Below are positions 50,871 to 60,519 of a stretch of 64,000 nt of DNA, piece after piece (position 1 is the first letter of the stretch; each line of letters starts with the position of its first letter). A program made the translations under genes and the position numbers. The stretch comes from Bacillota bacterium (GTDB taxonomy: Bacteria > Bacillota > DTU025). The stretch is from positions 1,216,001 to 1,280,000 of the forward strand of contig JBMNJT010000002.1 in the NCBI GenBank assembly GCA_050951805.1. Direction: 5' to 3'. Below the pieces are notes generated by a model that did no database searches, was not told where the DNA came from, and saw nothing but the letters and a program-made list of their open reading frames with translations.

Positions 50871-52438
50871 GAACTACACCTCCCACCCCTTGTGAGCCGG
50901 GCCGGTATCTCTTCCGCAAATGGGTTCCAGTATTCTGGATTTCTTTCCACGACTCCGTCGAGTCCTCTGCCTCCATCGGGCGTCCGGGAGATACCGGCAA
51001 ATACCCCATCTTCTATAGCCGCCATCAATCCTGTCTCCCGCGCTTGCTCTAATGTTGTTGTAGCTTTGTTGAGAACCTGCTGAGCTCGGCTTTCCACGAT
51101 TCCGCCGGGCTTGAAGGTTATCTCTTCGCCCAGATTGCGTGCGTTGTTGAAGACGTATTTTGCGTTGCGGATTGCAAGGTATCTGTCGTGTATGTGCGGA
51201 GTGTGAACGGCTTCGGTGAGCATGCCGAGAAGCTGTATGGACTGGCCTGTCATCACTCCTGCCAAGTTGAACATACCGTTCATGAGATACCCTTTGAATA
51301 TGTCGCCTGTCATGTATTTTGTGGGCGGCATGTATTTAAGCGGTTTGTTGGGGAATATGTCCCGGGCCATCTGCGCTTGCGCCACTTCGTAGAGAAACCC
51401 GTTAGTTGTGGCCGGGTCGATCTCGAATGCATGCCCCAGGCCGATCTGCTCGTCAGGCAAGCCTGATCGGTAAGCGAGCGCCTCATTAATGAACTGCGAC
51501 GCTAGCACGATGTGGGCCTCTTCATAAGCGTCTGAAGTAGTAAGATAGTTGTCCTCTCCAGTGTTTATGGTTATGCCGGCGTAGGCATTGAGCATACGCG
51601 AAAAGTGCTGGTCTGCAAAGGTGCGCTTCATGTTGATGTCGCGGAAGAGTATGCCGTACATTGAGTCGTTGAGCATCATGTCAAGGCGCTCCATTGCTCC
51701 CATGGCCGCTATCTCGGGCATGCACAGTCCTGAACAGTAGTTGACGAGGCGGATGTACCTGCCTGTCTCGAGGCTTACCTCGTCAAGAGCCTTTCGCATG
51801 ATGCGGAAGTTCTCCTGGGTAGCAAATGTTCCGCCAAACCCCTCTGTTGTGGCGCCATATGGCACGTAATCGAGCAAGCTCTGGGCGGTGCTTCGTATCA
51901 CCGCGATTATGTCTGCGCCTGATCTGGCGGCAGATTGCGCCTGGCCAACATCCTCATAGATGTTCCCTGTCGCCACTATGACGTATATGAGCGGCTCAGT
52001 TCCAGGGTCAAGCTTCTCAATGAGCTCGCAACGCTTTGCGGCGTTCGCCTCTATTCTGGCAAGGCTTGCTTCAATTGCGTCTTCCAGGACTGCTCTAGCC
52101 CGATCGTCCTCGACGTCATCGAAACTGGCGAAGTCGAGCTCGCCGGCGGCAGCTTTGTCGGCGATGGCCTGCGGAGAAAGGCCTGTTGCCGCCACGGCCC
52201 TCCCCATATGGCAAGCGGCTCCGTCTCCTAGTCTCCCTGCTTCGCGCAACATATCGACTAAGACATTGGGAAGCGGGACCCCTGCGGAATCGACGCCGTC
52301 AACGCCGACTAGGCGCAAGACTGTACGCTCTATGGCAGTCGTAGTTACACGCTCTACACCTTTCATTACCTCGTCTGCTATGTCGCTTGCACATTCCCTG
52401 CATCGCGCTATCTTATCAGTATCCAGGTTGAGTTTCAA
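50858..52438 (-). CDS. kamD: Lysine 5,6-aminomutase alpha subunit
   Basis: YVIVATGNIYED, NYCSGLCMPE, GLGHAFE, KYMPPTK. Confidence 0.95.
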   Translation of the reverse strand: MKLNLDTDKIARCRECASDIADEVMKGVERVTTTAIERTVLRLVGVDGVDSAGVPLPNVLVDMLREAGRLGDGAACHMGRAVAATGLSPQAIADKAAAGELDFASFDDVEDDRARAVLEDAIEASLARIEANAAKRCELIEKLDPGTEPLIYVIVATGNIYEDVGQAQSAARSGADIIAVIRSTAQSLLDYVPYGATTEGFGGTFATQENFRIMRKALDEVSLETGRYIRLVNYCSGLCMPEIAAMGAMERLDMMLNDSMYGILFRDINMKRTFADQHFSRMLNAYAGITINTGEDNYLTTSDAYEEAHIVLASQFINEALAYRSGLPDEQIGLGHAFEIDPATTNGFLYEVAQAQMARDIFPNKPLKYMPPTKYMTGDIFKGYLMNGMFNLAGVMTGQSIQLLGMLTEAVHTPHIHDRYLAIRNAKYVFNNARNLGEEITFKPGGIVESRAQQVLNKATTTLEQARETGLMAAIEDGVFAGISRTPDGGRGLDGVVERNPEYWNPFAEEIPARLTRGGRCSSCRR

Positions 52439-53606
52439 AAGCCACACCTCCCACTGCCGAGAGCCCCGCAACCACGTCAATTACAGGGAGCTCTCTGATA
52501 TGTCTTGAGATCTCGAGTAGCAGATCTGCTGGATCTAAAGGCGCTCTCCACGGGGACGTGGGGTTTATGCTGATCGCGATCACTGGCGCCTTCTCGAGAA
52601 CACACAGCTGTCCCCCGGATGCCTCGAATGCCTCTGCTCCTTGGTTTCCGACTGCCAACCGCGAGGGATCCTTGGCAACGACCATAAATGCCTGCTTTTT
52701 TGGGGACAACGGTTCCTTAGGCCCGCTGGCCGTGTCTGGCGGCGCGGCTCTGCGTCTCTGATTGAGCCTCGAGGCGACCTCAGCCAGAAGAACATCGCCC
52801 ACCGCCCTCCCGCATATGAGGGCAACATCGTCTTCTGTGATGGCCGAGGCAATCTCCTCTTCCCTTCCCAGGATTGTCTTCCATGGAAAGACCTCAATCT
52901 CTCCATCTGCCCGAAGTATTGCCGAGACTCCTTCTTGCATTATGGGCTCTGCAACTTGCACCACGTCTGCCGGAGGCCGGGGCAACTGGAACATGTGAAC
53001 AGCGCGCTCCGTCAATTCGGCAATCCTATTTGCCGAACCGTTTAGAGCCGCCCCTGTGGCCAGGACGAAGGCCCCGACTATGTCGGGCGATGCGAGGAAT
53101 GTTCTTCCCGCCGCTCCGTCCACCAAGATGAGCTCTGCGCCGAATTCTCGCATTCTTCTAACAGCTAGCATCAGGTCGTTCGAATGGTTGCACCCTATCA
53201 CTTCGACATGGCCCGGGGACAGAACCCTCGCCAGGACGATTTCGCCAGCAGGTGTCCAGGCCCCGAGCCGCTCCACCACGTCCAGACTACACGAACCTGT
53301 ATGAATTGTAGATTCGGCAAGAGCAACGAGAGATCCCGCGGGCAGATATATTGGGGGTTTCGGAAGTCCTGTTATGGCATCATACAGTTCGCCATCTCGC
53401 CCGCCGGACGTGACGCCTACCGTGATGCCGTTGGATGTCGCCTGTCGGATCATCCTGTTGAGCACGGTCGTTTTGCCGCAATTCTTTGCAAGGCCGACTA
53501 TGCCGACGCATTTGCCCGGGGCCCCCAGAGCAAGGTTAAGAAGGATCTCTCCTGGATCTCTTGCGACGCTCGAGTCCAACTGGTTCAAGGCTTGACACCA
53601 TCCCAT
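52416..53606 (-). CDS. KamB-like P-loop protein (putative aminomutase reactivase component)
   Basis: GLAKNCGKTTVLN, GRDGE..KP, LVDGA; position between kamA and kamD. Confidence 0.65.
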   Translation of the reverse strand: MGWCQALNQLDSSVARDPGEILLNLALGAPGKCVGIVGLAKNCGKTTVLNRMIRQATSNGITVGVTSGGRDGELYDAITGLPKPPIYLPAGSLVALAESTIHTGSCSLDVVERLGAWTPAGEIVLARVLSPGHVEVIGCNHSNDLMLAVRRMREFGAELILVDGAAGRTFLASPDIVGAFVLATGAALNGSANRIAELTERAVHMFQLPRPPADVVQVAEPIMQEGVSAILRADGEIEVFPWKTILGREEEIASAITEDDVALICGRAVGDVLLAEVASRLNQRRRAAPPDTASGPKEPLSPKKQAFMVVAKDPSRLAVGNQGAEAFEASGGQLCVLEKAPVIAISINPTSPWRAPLDPADLLLEISRHIRELPVIDVVAGLSAVGGVAFETQPGY

Positions 53607-54774
53607 CCATAACAGCCGCGACGCCCTCTGTAGCGGGCTTCGGAATCTCTTCGCAGATGCCGCACTGATGGCACTGGCTGATCTTGTCTTCGGGTTCGGG
53701 ATAAGCGGTGATGACGCCTTCGTAGTTTCGAAGAATTACTTTGGTGTCGGTCTGCGAGATGACATATTGCGGGGCGATGGGGATCTTTCCTCCCCCTCCC
53801 GGGGCATCTATCACGAAAGTGGGAACCGCGAATCCCGATGTATGGCCCCTCAAACGCTCTACGATCTCTATCCCTTTGCCTACCGATGTCCTGAAGTGCT
53901 CTATCCCCATCGATAGATCGCATTGATAGATATAGTAAGGGCGTACTCTGATCTTCACAAGTTCGTGCACGAGCTTCTTCATTATATGGGGGCAATCGTT
54001 CACTCCCTTGAGCAGAACTGTCTGATTCCCAAGGGGTATGCCTGCGTCAGCCAACATCTCGCACGCTCTGCGTGACTCAGGCGTTATCTCCTTCGGATGA
54101 TTGAAATGGGTATTGAGCCACAGGGGATGGTACTTCTTGAGCATATTGCAGAGCTCTGGCGTTATGCGCTGCGGCATGACCACCGGGGTTCTTGTGCCGA
54201 TCCTGACTATCTCCACGTGGGGGATCGCCCTCAGCTCGCTTATGATGTACTCTAGGGTGTCATCTGGTAGGGTGAGCGGATCTCCCCCTGAAATCAGGAC
54301 ATCCCTTATTTCAGGCGTCTCCCTTATGTACTGGATGCCCTGGATCAATTCGTCATGGGTTATGGCGCTGTCGGTATGCCCGGCAAACCTCCTCCTGGTG
54401 CAATGCCTACAGTAGGTTGAACAAACGGACGTGACAAGGAACAGAACCCTATCGGGATATCTGTGAGTTACGTGAGGCACAGGGGAATCCACATCTTCGT
54501 CAAGTGGATCCATGAGATCATGCTCTCCCATGGAAAGCTCCTGGACGACTGGAATTGCCTGTTTTCGAACTGGACAATCAGGGTCGTCAGGATCAATTAA
54601 ACTCGCGTAGTGCGGAGTTATTGCCATGCGTAACCTGGCAAGGCAGCGCTGCACCCCTTCTTCCTCTTCAGGGGTGAGATTGACTACCGACTTGAGCTGG
54701 TCAACAGTGGTTATTCTGTTTCCGAACTGCCAGTGCCAATCGTTCCACTGTTCCTTGGAAACTCCTTCCCACAT
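53536..54774 (-). CDS. kamA: Lysine 2,3-aminomutase (radical SAM)
   Basis: THRYPDR, CSTYCRHC, SGGDPL, PGGGGKIP. Confidence 0.97.
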   Translation of the reverse strand: MWEGVSKEQWNDWHWQFGNRITTVDQLKSVVNLTPEEEEGVQRCLARLRMAITPHYASLIDPDDPDCPVRKQAIPVVQELSMGEHDLMDPLDEDVDSPVPHVTHRYPDRVLFLVTSVCSTYCRHCTRRRFAGHTDSAITHDELIQGIQYIRETPEIRDVLISGGDPLTLPDDTLEYIISELRAIPHVEIVRIGTRTPVVMPQRITPELCNMLKKYHPLWLNTHFNHPKEITPESRRACEMLADAGIPLGNQTVLLKGVNDCPHIMKKLVHELVKIRVRPYYIYQCDLSMGIEHFRTSVGKGIEIVERLRGHTSGFAVPTFVIDAPGGGGKIPIAPQYVISQTDTKVILRNYEGVITAYPEPEDKISQCHQCGICEEIPKPATEGVAAVMDGMVSSLEPVGLERRKRSRRDPS

Positions 54775-54793
54775 ACTGACATCATCTCCGTCG

Positions 54794-55843
54794 TTATCTT
54801 GCATAGAGATCCTCGAATATCTTGCGAAGTTTCGGGCTCTCACGCAGAGTCTCAAGGGCAATTTCCGCGTGTCCGCGGGTATAGCCGTTCCCTATGATCA
54901 TCGTGACGTCACGGCCGACTCCCTCTGCGCCTAGGGCCGCGGCGGTGAAGCTCGTCGCCATGCTGAAGAAATATATGATGCCCATATCGCGTGTTGACAG
55001 TATGGACGACATCTCTGTGCCCGGAATGTTAACGCAGTTGATCGTGACGTCTGCCATTTTTCCGCCTGTCGCCTCTTCAACCATCTTCATGATCTCCAGC
55101 GGCCGCGTAGCATCGCCAGCAATCACAACATCGGCAAATCCTGTTGCCTCGGCCCGGGCTTTACTAGCTTCGCTGTGTGCCAATGCTATTACCTTTCCGG
55201 TGACGCCGGCACGTTTCTTGGCCTCATACATGCAGAGAAGGCCGGATTTACCGCCTGCCCCGATAATGAGCACGGTATCGCCAGGATGCACTAGCTTTGC
55301 GGTCTGTGCGGGGGCTCCCGCCACATCCAAAACTGCCAACGAGAGGCTATCTGGCATGTCATTCGGAAGCTTGGCATAGATTCCGCTTTCGAAAAGGATT
55401 GCATGCCCTTCAATGTCAACTTGGTCGGTATCAAGATGAACTTTGATGATTTTGTCGATGACAAGGGGAGTCAGAGTGAGAGAGACGAGGGTAGCGATCC
55501 TGTCTCCAACCTCAAGATCCGTACTGCCAATAAGATCGGGTCCGATCTTCTCAACAGTTCCTATCAGCATTCCTCCTGAACCAGTAACTGGGTTGTGGTG
55601 CTTCCCTCGGTCAGCGACGATGCCCATCATGATTTCGCCTATCCGTTTCTCGTCATTTCCGGCCTGCTTCTTGATCTGGGTGAAGCTGGCAGCGTCGATA
55701 TTGAGGGTTTGAACATTAATGAGGATCTCGTTATCGCGGACTGCCATCTCATTGTCGATCTTCCATGCAGCCTGCGGCATCGAGCCCTCTGGTTCGATTA
55801 CTCGGTGGGTTCCATACTTACAGCCTTTTGCCAATTGCCACAC
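54794..55843 (-). CDS. kdd: L-erythro-3,5-diaminohexanoate dehydrogenase
   Basis: GCKYGTHRVIEP, HNPVTGSGG, GAGGKSG. Confidence 0.95.
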   Translation of the reverse strand: MWQLAKGCKYGTHRVIEPEGSMPQAAWKIDNEMAVRDNEILINVQTLNIDAASFTQIKKQAGNDEKRIGEIMMGIVADRGKHHNPVTGSGGMLIGTVEKIGPDLIGSTDLEVGDRIATLVSLTLTPLVIDKIIKVHLDTDQVDIEGHAILFESGIYAKLPNDMPDSLSLAVLDVAGAPAQTAKLVHPGDTVLIIGAGGKSGLLCMYEAKKRAGVTGKVIALAHSEASKARAEATGFADVVIAGDATRPLEIMKMVEEATGGKMADVTINCVNIPGTEMSSILSTRDMGIIYFFSMATSFTAAALGAEGVGRDVTMIIGNGYTRGHAEIALETLRESPKLRKIFEDLYAR

Positions 55844-55875
55844 CTCCTATGATACACGCACACAAGAGATAACGT

Positions 55876-55891
55876 TGCAATATCCATGCCA
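55876..55891 (-). promoter_or_regulatory. sigma54 -24/-12 promoter of lysine operon
   Basis: TGGCATGGATATTGCA. Confidence 0.85.
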
Positions 55892-55934
55892 GAGACGAAA
55901 CACGCTGTAGCTGCGCTTGCCCCTGTCCAACGTC

Positions 55935-55968
55935 TGCTCATTTACGGGCAGCTGCCCAATTATGGGCA
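55935..55968. promoter_or_regulatory. Tandem palindromic enhancer (UAS) sites
   Basis: TGCTCA-N4-CGGGCA and TGCCCA-N4-TGGGCA; related site at 57602-57617. Confidence 0.65.
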
Positions 55969-56041
55969 CTGCGTGCGTGACAGTTCGCCACTTCAAGTGA
56001 CATATAGAACTGCCCCGGCCGCTCCAATGACGGACCGTTAC

Positions 56042-57571
56042 TTATTTGTCTGTATAATCGAGATCTTTTCTGCGTATGTCGGAAGCGTCGATGCTGTAAC
56101 GCTTCAGCTTGTGCTGCAGAGTCTGCCTGGGTATGTCGAGGTATCGGGCTGTGGCAGAGATGTTTCCCTCGCATGTTTCGAGTGCAGCCCATATCAGGCT
56201 CTTCTCGATCTGTTCAAGGGTGGGTACCAGCGGCGCCTTGGCCTCTTCCTCTATTGCCGGCGTTGAGTTATCTCGGAACTGGCTGGTGGGCAGGAATCTA
56301 TTGGCTCTAGGTCGGGATGCCGCATCTCCTGGGCCGTGCGAAAGAACATGCGGTGGAAGATGTTCTAGTCCTATGAGTGATCCGTGGGACAACTGGACTG
56401 CTGCTTCAATTGCGTGTTGAAGCTCTCTCACATTTCCAGGCCACGGATATTCCATGAACAGTTCAAATACATCACGGGTTACTCCGTGCACGTTCACGCC
56501 AAATTGTGAGCTGTAGCGCTCAATGAAGTGTTCGGTAAGCGCAGGTATATCGTCTTTTCGCTTCCTCAGAGGAGGTATTTCTATGATGATGACGCCCAGC
56601 CTGAAGAAGAGGTCGCGTCGTATCAGATTGCGTTCTACTGCTGTGGCGGGATTCGAGGACATGGCGGATATTAGGCGCACGTCTACCTTTCGCTCAGAAG
56701 ACTCCCCTATTCTGCGCAATGAGCCCTCCTGCAGCACCCTGAGAAGCTTCGCCTGGAGCGGCAGAGGCATTGCGTCAACCTCGTCGAGAAACAGACTTCC
56801 TCCGTCTGCGACTTCGAAAAGCCCCGGCCGATTCTCTGCCCCGGTGAAGGCGCCCCTCGCTGTCCCGAAAAGTATCCCTTCGAGCAGGGTCTCCGGGAGT
56901 GCGGCGCAGTTCTGTGCTATGAATGGCCGGGCCGCTCGTGGGCTGGAGTTGTGGATCGATTGTACGACGAGTTCTTTTCCGGTTCCGGTCTCGCCGTAGA
57001 TCAGCACTGCGGAACCGCTCTGAGATGCTCGCTTTGCACGGGCCACGACATCCTGCATGTTCTGGCTGACAGCGACTATATCATCAAAGGTGTATCTGGC
57101 CGTTCCTACCTTGACTCGATGGCCAGTCGCCGAGTGCACGCCAGCTGTTGTTATCAGCTCCGCCTGGAGATCAACTACGCGTTCTACTAGCTCTTTCACC
57201 AAGGTAACGTCTTTGGAGACCTCGATGGCGCCTATGAGCTTGGCACCGCTGTAGATCGGAAGTGTTGAGTTCATTGTCGTGATGGTGTCACCCTTGTAGT
57301 TCCGGAATGTCTGCTGCCTTACAGGGGCTGGGCGACCAGTACGAAGGACTGACATCAAGGTGCTTGTATCTTCTGATAATGATGGAAAGACGGATAGAAT
57401 ATGGCGTCCAACAACTTCTTGGGGGTCTAGGTTGTCGAGGGAAGCTGCAATCCTGTTGTAAAAGACTGTGATGCCACATGTGTCAACGATGTGGATTCCT
57501 TCATTGATGGAATCGAGAACGACTCTCAGATCCGCACTGAGGTGTTCAAGATCGATTGAAGCATCACGCAT
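56042..57571 (-). CDS. PAS-domain sigma54 enhancer-binding protein (RocR/KamR-like)
   Basis: GETGTGKE, GAFTGA, WPGNVREL, Fis HTH. Confidence 0.92.
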   Translation of the reverse strand: MRDASIDLEHLSADLRVVLDSINEGIHIVDTCGITVFYNRIAASLDNLDPQEVVGRHILSVFPSLSEDTSTLMSVLRTGRPAPVRQQTFRNYKGDTITTMNSTLPIYSGAKLIGAIEVSKDVTLVKELVERVVDLQAELITTAGVHSATGHRVKVGTARYTFDDIVAVSQNMQDVVARAKRASQSGSAVLIYGETGTGKELVVQSIHNSSPRAARPFIAQNCAALPETLLEGILFGTARGAFTGAENRPGLFEVADGGSLFLDEVDAMPLPLQAKLLRVLQEGSLRRIGESSERKVDVRLISAMSSNPATAVERNLIRRDLFFRLGVIIIEIPPLRKRKDDIPALTEHFIERYSSQFGVNVHGVTRDVFELFMEYPWPGNVRELQHAIEAAVQLSHGSLIGLEHLPPHVLSHGPGDAASRPRANRFLPTSQFRDNSTPAIEEEAKAPLVPTLEQIEKSLIWAALETCEGNISATARYLDIPRQTLQHKLKRYSIDASDIRRKDLDYTDK

Positions 57572-57794
57572 CAGTCACCACCACCGCAGGAACCATTTGC
57601 ATGCCCAACTTTCGGCATCCAACTACAATTGTATCGTACATTGGCCAGAAACAACAGGATGAACCAGGGAGAAGAAACTTGGGAATCCGGGTGTATGACT
57701 GACCCGTGGGTGAGCTAGAAGGAAAAAGATGACTCAGCGGTGGATCGCTTGGCTCCACCAAAGAGTCATCCTACCAAAGCTCCATATACTTCGT

Positions 57795-58712
57795 TCAGTC
57801 TTTTAGGGCACCATCGAGCAGAATCTGGATGAGTTGATCGAAGGAAATCCCTCGCGCCCGGGCGGCGTCAGGCAGAAGGCTCACCTCAGTGAGGCCTGGG
57901 AGCGTGTTCACCTCGAGAACCCATACACTGCCATTCGGTTCGACTATCATGTCGACTCTCGAGTAACCGCGACACTTCAAGGCAGCATGGGCAGCCAAAG
58001 CGAGCCTCTGGCACTCTTTCTGTGCGGCATTTCCAATTCGAGCAGGGATTACGTGCTCAGACATCCCAGGAGTATACTTCGATTCCCAATCGTAGAACTC
58101 GTTCTTTGGCACTATCTCAAGCACCGGCAGCGCCTCTGTATCATGGTTACCTAGGACGCCTACGGTAACTTCCGTACCCTTGATGAACTTTTCGACGACT
58201 GCTTCTTCATCATAGTTGAAGGCGTACGATAATGCATCTTGAAGAGCGCCGTCATCCTTAACTATGCTTATTCCGACAGTCGACCCCTGCGAAGATGGCT
58301 TCACTACACACGGAATGCCGATGCTCAAGGCGCGCTCCAAAGCCGATTGGAACGGGGAATGGCAATCCACCACTACATAGGGGGGAGTAGGGATTCCTGA
58401 CACTTCAAAGAGCGCCTTGGAGATTGTCTTGTCCATGGCGATTGCGCTGGAGAGCACCGATGAGCCGGTGTATGGGATGCCCATCAACTCGAGGGCCCCT
58501 TGTATACAACCGTCTTCGCCGTATTTCCCATGCAACGCGATGAAAGCCACATCGGGGCGGAGCTCGGCCAGCACACCGATGGCGTTGTTTGCCGGGTCGA
58601 CTGATATGACCTCATGGCCTAGCCTGCGCAAGGCGGCCTCTACCTGTGCGCCTGATTTGAGTGAGATCTCTCTCTCACTCGAAGATCCTCCCATGAGGAC
58701 AGCTACTTTCAT
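57795..58712 (-). CDS. ddl: D-alanine--D-alanine ligase
   Basis: GGSSSEREISL, LHGKYGEDG, YDWESKY, LEVNTLPG. Confidence 0.93.
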   Translation of the reverse strand: MKVAVLMGGSSSEREISLKSGAQVEAALRRLGHEVISVDPANNAIGVLAELRPDVAFIALHGKYGEDGCIQGALELMGIPYTGSSVLSSAIAMDKTISKALFEVSGIPTPPYVVVDCHSPFQSALERALSIGIPCVVKPSSQGSTVGISIVKDDGALQDALSYAFNYDEEAVVEKFIKGTEVTVGVLGNHDTEALPVLEIVPKNEFYDWESKYTPGMSEHVIPARIGNAAQKECQRLALAAHAALKCRGYSRVDMIVEPNGSVWVLEVNTLPGLTEVSLLPDAARARGISFDQLIQILLDGALKD

Positions 58713-58777
58713 CTGGGTTTGATCATCCAATGACGTCACCGCCGTTTCTAGCTGAAGTAGACCGACACTGCACACTA

Positions 58778-58993
58778 TCACTTGGGCCAGACACGAAAAA
58801 TCTCCCGCAATGTGCAGGTGGTCGTCTTGATCACTATGAGAAGGTATGCGATTCCGCAGACAAGCAGAAATCCTCGGGCGATTGCAGCATGACGCCACTG
58901 GGCATCGCTCATATCGGCGCTCCGCTTGAACCAGAGCACCACGACGAGAATAACCACGGCAATAACGGATCCGATCATGAGCAAAGCCGCCAT
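58778..58993 (-). CDS. Small two-TM hypothetical protein
   Basis: Two hydrophobic segments, fills gap between surE and ddl. Confidence 0.5.
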   Translation of the reverse strand: MAALLMIGSVIAVVILVVVLWFKRSADMSDAQWRHAAIARGFLLVCGIAYLLIVIKTTTCTLREIFRVWPK

Positions 58994-59023
58994 AGCTTCA
59001 TCACCGATGCATACTATGCCGCC

Positions 59024-59785
59024 CTACAGACGAATGTCCCACTCCTTAAGCATATCCGCTGTACGCCGACAAGTTGCATCGAACCTTAAGGGAGTGATTG
59101 AAACAGCTCCGGTTCTGATGGCTTCCGTATCCAGTCCGTCATCGGATGGAGGGGTATCCGGGTCCCCGGATAGCCAATAGTATGGTCGTCCACGAGGATC
59201 TACCCTACGCTCGAAGATGTTATTATACCGTTGAACCCCCAGCCTGGTGACGGCCACCTTGCCTGAGTTGAAGCCATCCGGAACATTCACGTTGAGCACC
59301 ACCCCTTCTGGCAGGCCCCTAGTGGCCACTTGAGAGGCGAGCTTTGCCGCTACGCGAGCCGCTGGCTCATAGTCTGATGGGTCATATGATCCTGTGGAAA
59401 CCGCAATCGCCGGTATGCCGGCAAACGCGCCTTCGGCTGCAGCAGCTACTGTGCCAGAGTATATGACGTCGGTTCCCAAGTTAGGCCCGCGGTTGATGCC
59501 TGAGAGGACTATGTCGGGACGTTCCGGCAAGAGCTCTTCTAGGGCCAGCTTGACACAGTCGGACGGCGTGCCGCTGACCGACCACGCCTCAGCCTCGATA
59601 CCCCTAAACGCAGTCTTCTCCGCCCGGAGCGGAAGCCCCATTGTCAGGGCATGACTTATCGCGCTCCTCTCTCGGTCTGGCGCGCAGATCCAGAGCTTAT
59701 CTGCGATTTCAGCGATGGCTCTGGCAAGGGCCAGCAATCCAGGCGCCCATATGCCATCATCGTTCGAGATCAATGCTTTGAGAAT
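59024..59785 (-). CDS. surE: 5'/3'-nucleotidase SurE (start uncertain, possibly ATT)
   Basis: SNDDG, GTPSDCV, SGINRGPN, YSGTVAAA. Confidence 0.95.
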   Translation of the reverse strand: MLKALISNDDGIWAPGLLALARAIAEIADKLWICAPDRERSAISHALTMGLPLRAEKTAFRGIEAEAWSVSGTPSDCVKLALEELLPERPDIVLSGINRGPNLGTDVIYSGTVAAAAEGAFAGIPAIAVSTGSYDPSDYEPAARVAAKLASQVATRGLPEGVVLNVNVPDGFNSGKVAVTRLGVQRYNNIFERRVDPRGRPYYWLSGDPDTPPSDDGLDTEAIRTGAVSITPLRFDATCRRTADMLKEWDIRL

Positions 59786-59813
59786 GGGAAAGACCTCCTA
59801 CTGTGACCCAAGA

Positions 59814-60500
59814 CTAGAATCTCTCGATCTCGGCCTTAAGTATCCCAGAAAGGCTGAGAACATGCTGAAGCAAGTCTGCCTGGGCCAACTGGGGATCCCT
59901 GCCAACCATGTTGGACGAGATTGTGACGTCGATCGATACAATAGAATTCTCCCTGTCAACGTTTATCTCGGTTTCGACTATGTTCATTCTGTATTTTCCA
60001 ATTATAGTGGCAATTTCGCCAAGTAGCCCCGGCCGGTCAATGGCGTTCACCTTGAGCACGGCTTCTCCATGTGGAAAGTATTTTCTTTCGACCCTGCTCA
60101 TAATCACCAAAATGAACTGGACCAACACTGTTGCGCCTATTGCCGGCCACACCATTCCCGCTCCAATGGCAAGGCCTATTCCTGCTGTCGTCCAAAGGCT
60201 TGCTGCAGTTGTAAGCCCTCTGATGGAGAGGCCTTCTCTCATGATCGTGCCCGCTCCCAAGAAACCAATGCCGCTGACAACTTGCGCCGCAACTCTGGCA
60301 GGATCGTGCAGACCGGAACCGGCAGGGCCAAAACCATGTATGCTGACAATGGTGATAAGGGCCGACCCAAGGCATACCAAGGAGTGCGTGCGCAAGCCGG
60401 CGGACTTGCCTTGCCTCTCCCTCTCAAGCCCTATTACTGAGCCTATCAATGTTGCGAGGCTCATCAGCCCTAACTGCTGCCAGAGCAAAGCTCTATCCAT
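59814..60500 (-). CDS. MgtC/SapB family protein with ACT domain
   Basis: IGLERE..AGLRTH, AQVVSGIGFLGAG, DRPGLL. Confidence 0.9.
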   Translation of the reverse strand: MDRALLWQQLGLMSLATLIGSVIGLERERQGKSAGLRTHSLVCLGSALITIVSIHGFGPAGSGLHDPARVAAQVVSGIGFLGAGTIMREGLSIRGLTTAASLWTTAGIGLAIGAGMVWPAIGATVLVQFILVIMSRVERKYFPHGEAVLKVNAIDRPGLLGEIATIIGKYRMNIVETEINVDRENSIVSIDVTISSNMVGRDPQLAQADLLQHVLSLSGILKAEIERF

Positions 60501-60519
60501 ACTCCCCCCTCCAATCGCT

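Noticed and set aside
57620-57790. Lysine riboswitch upstream of the sigma54 activator
   Set aside because: No L-box consensus; the long hairpin with a T-run is better explained as the ddl terminator.
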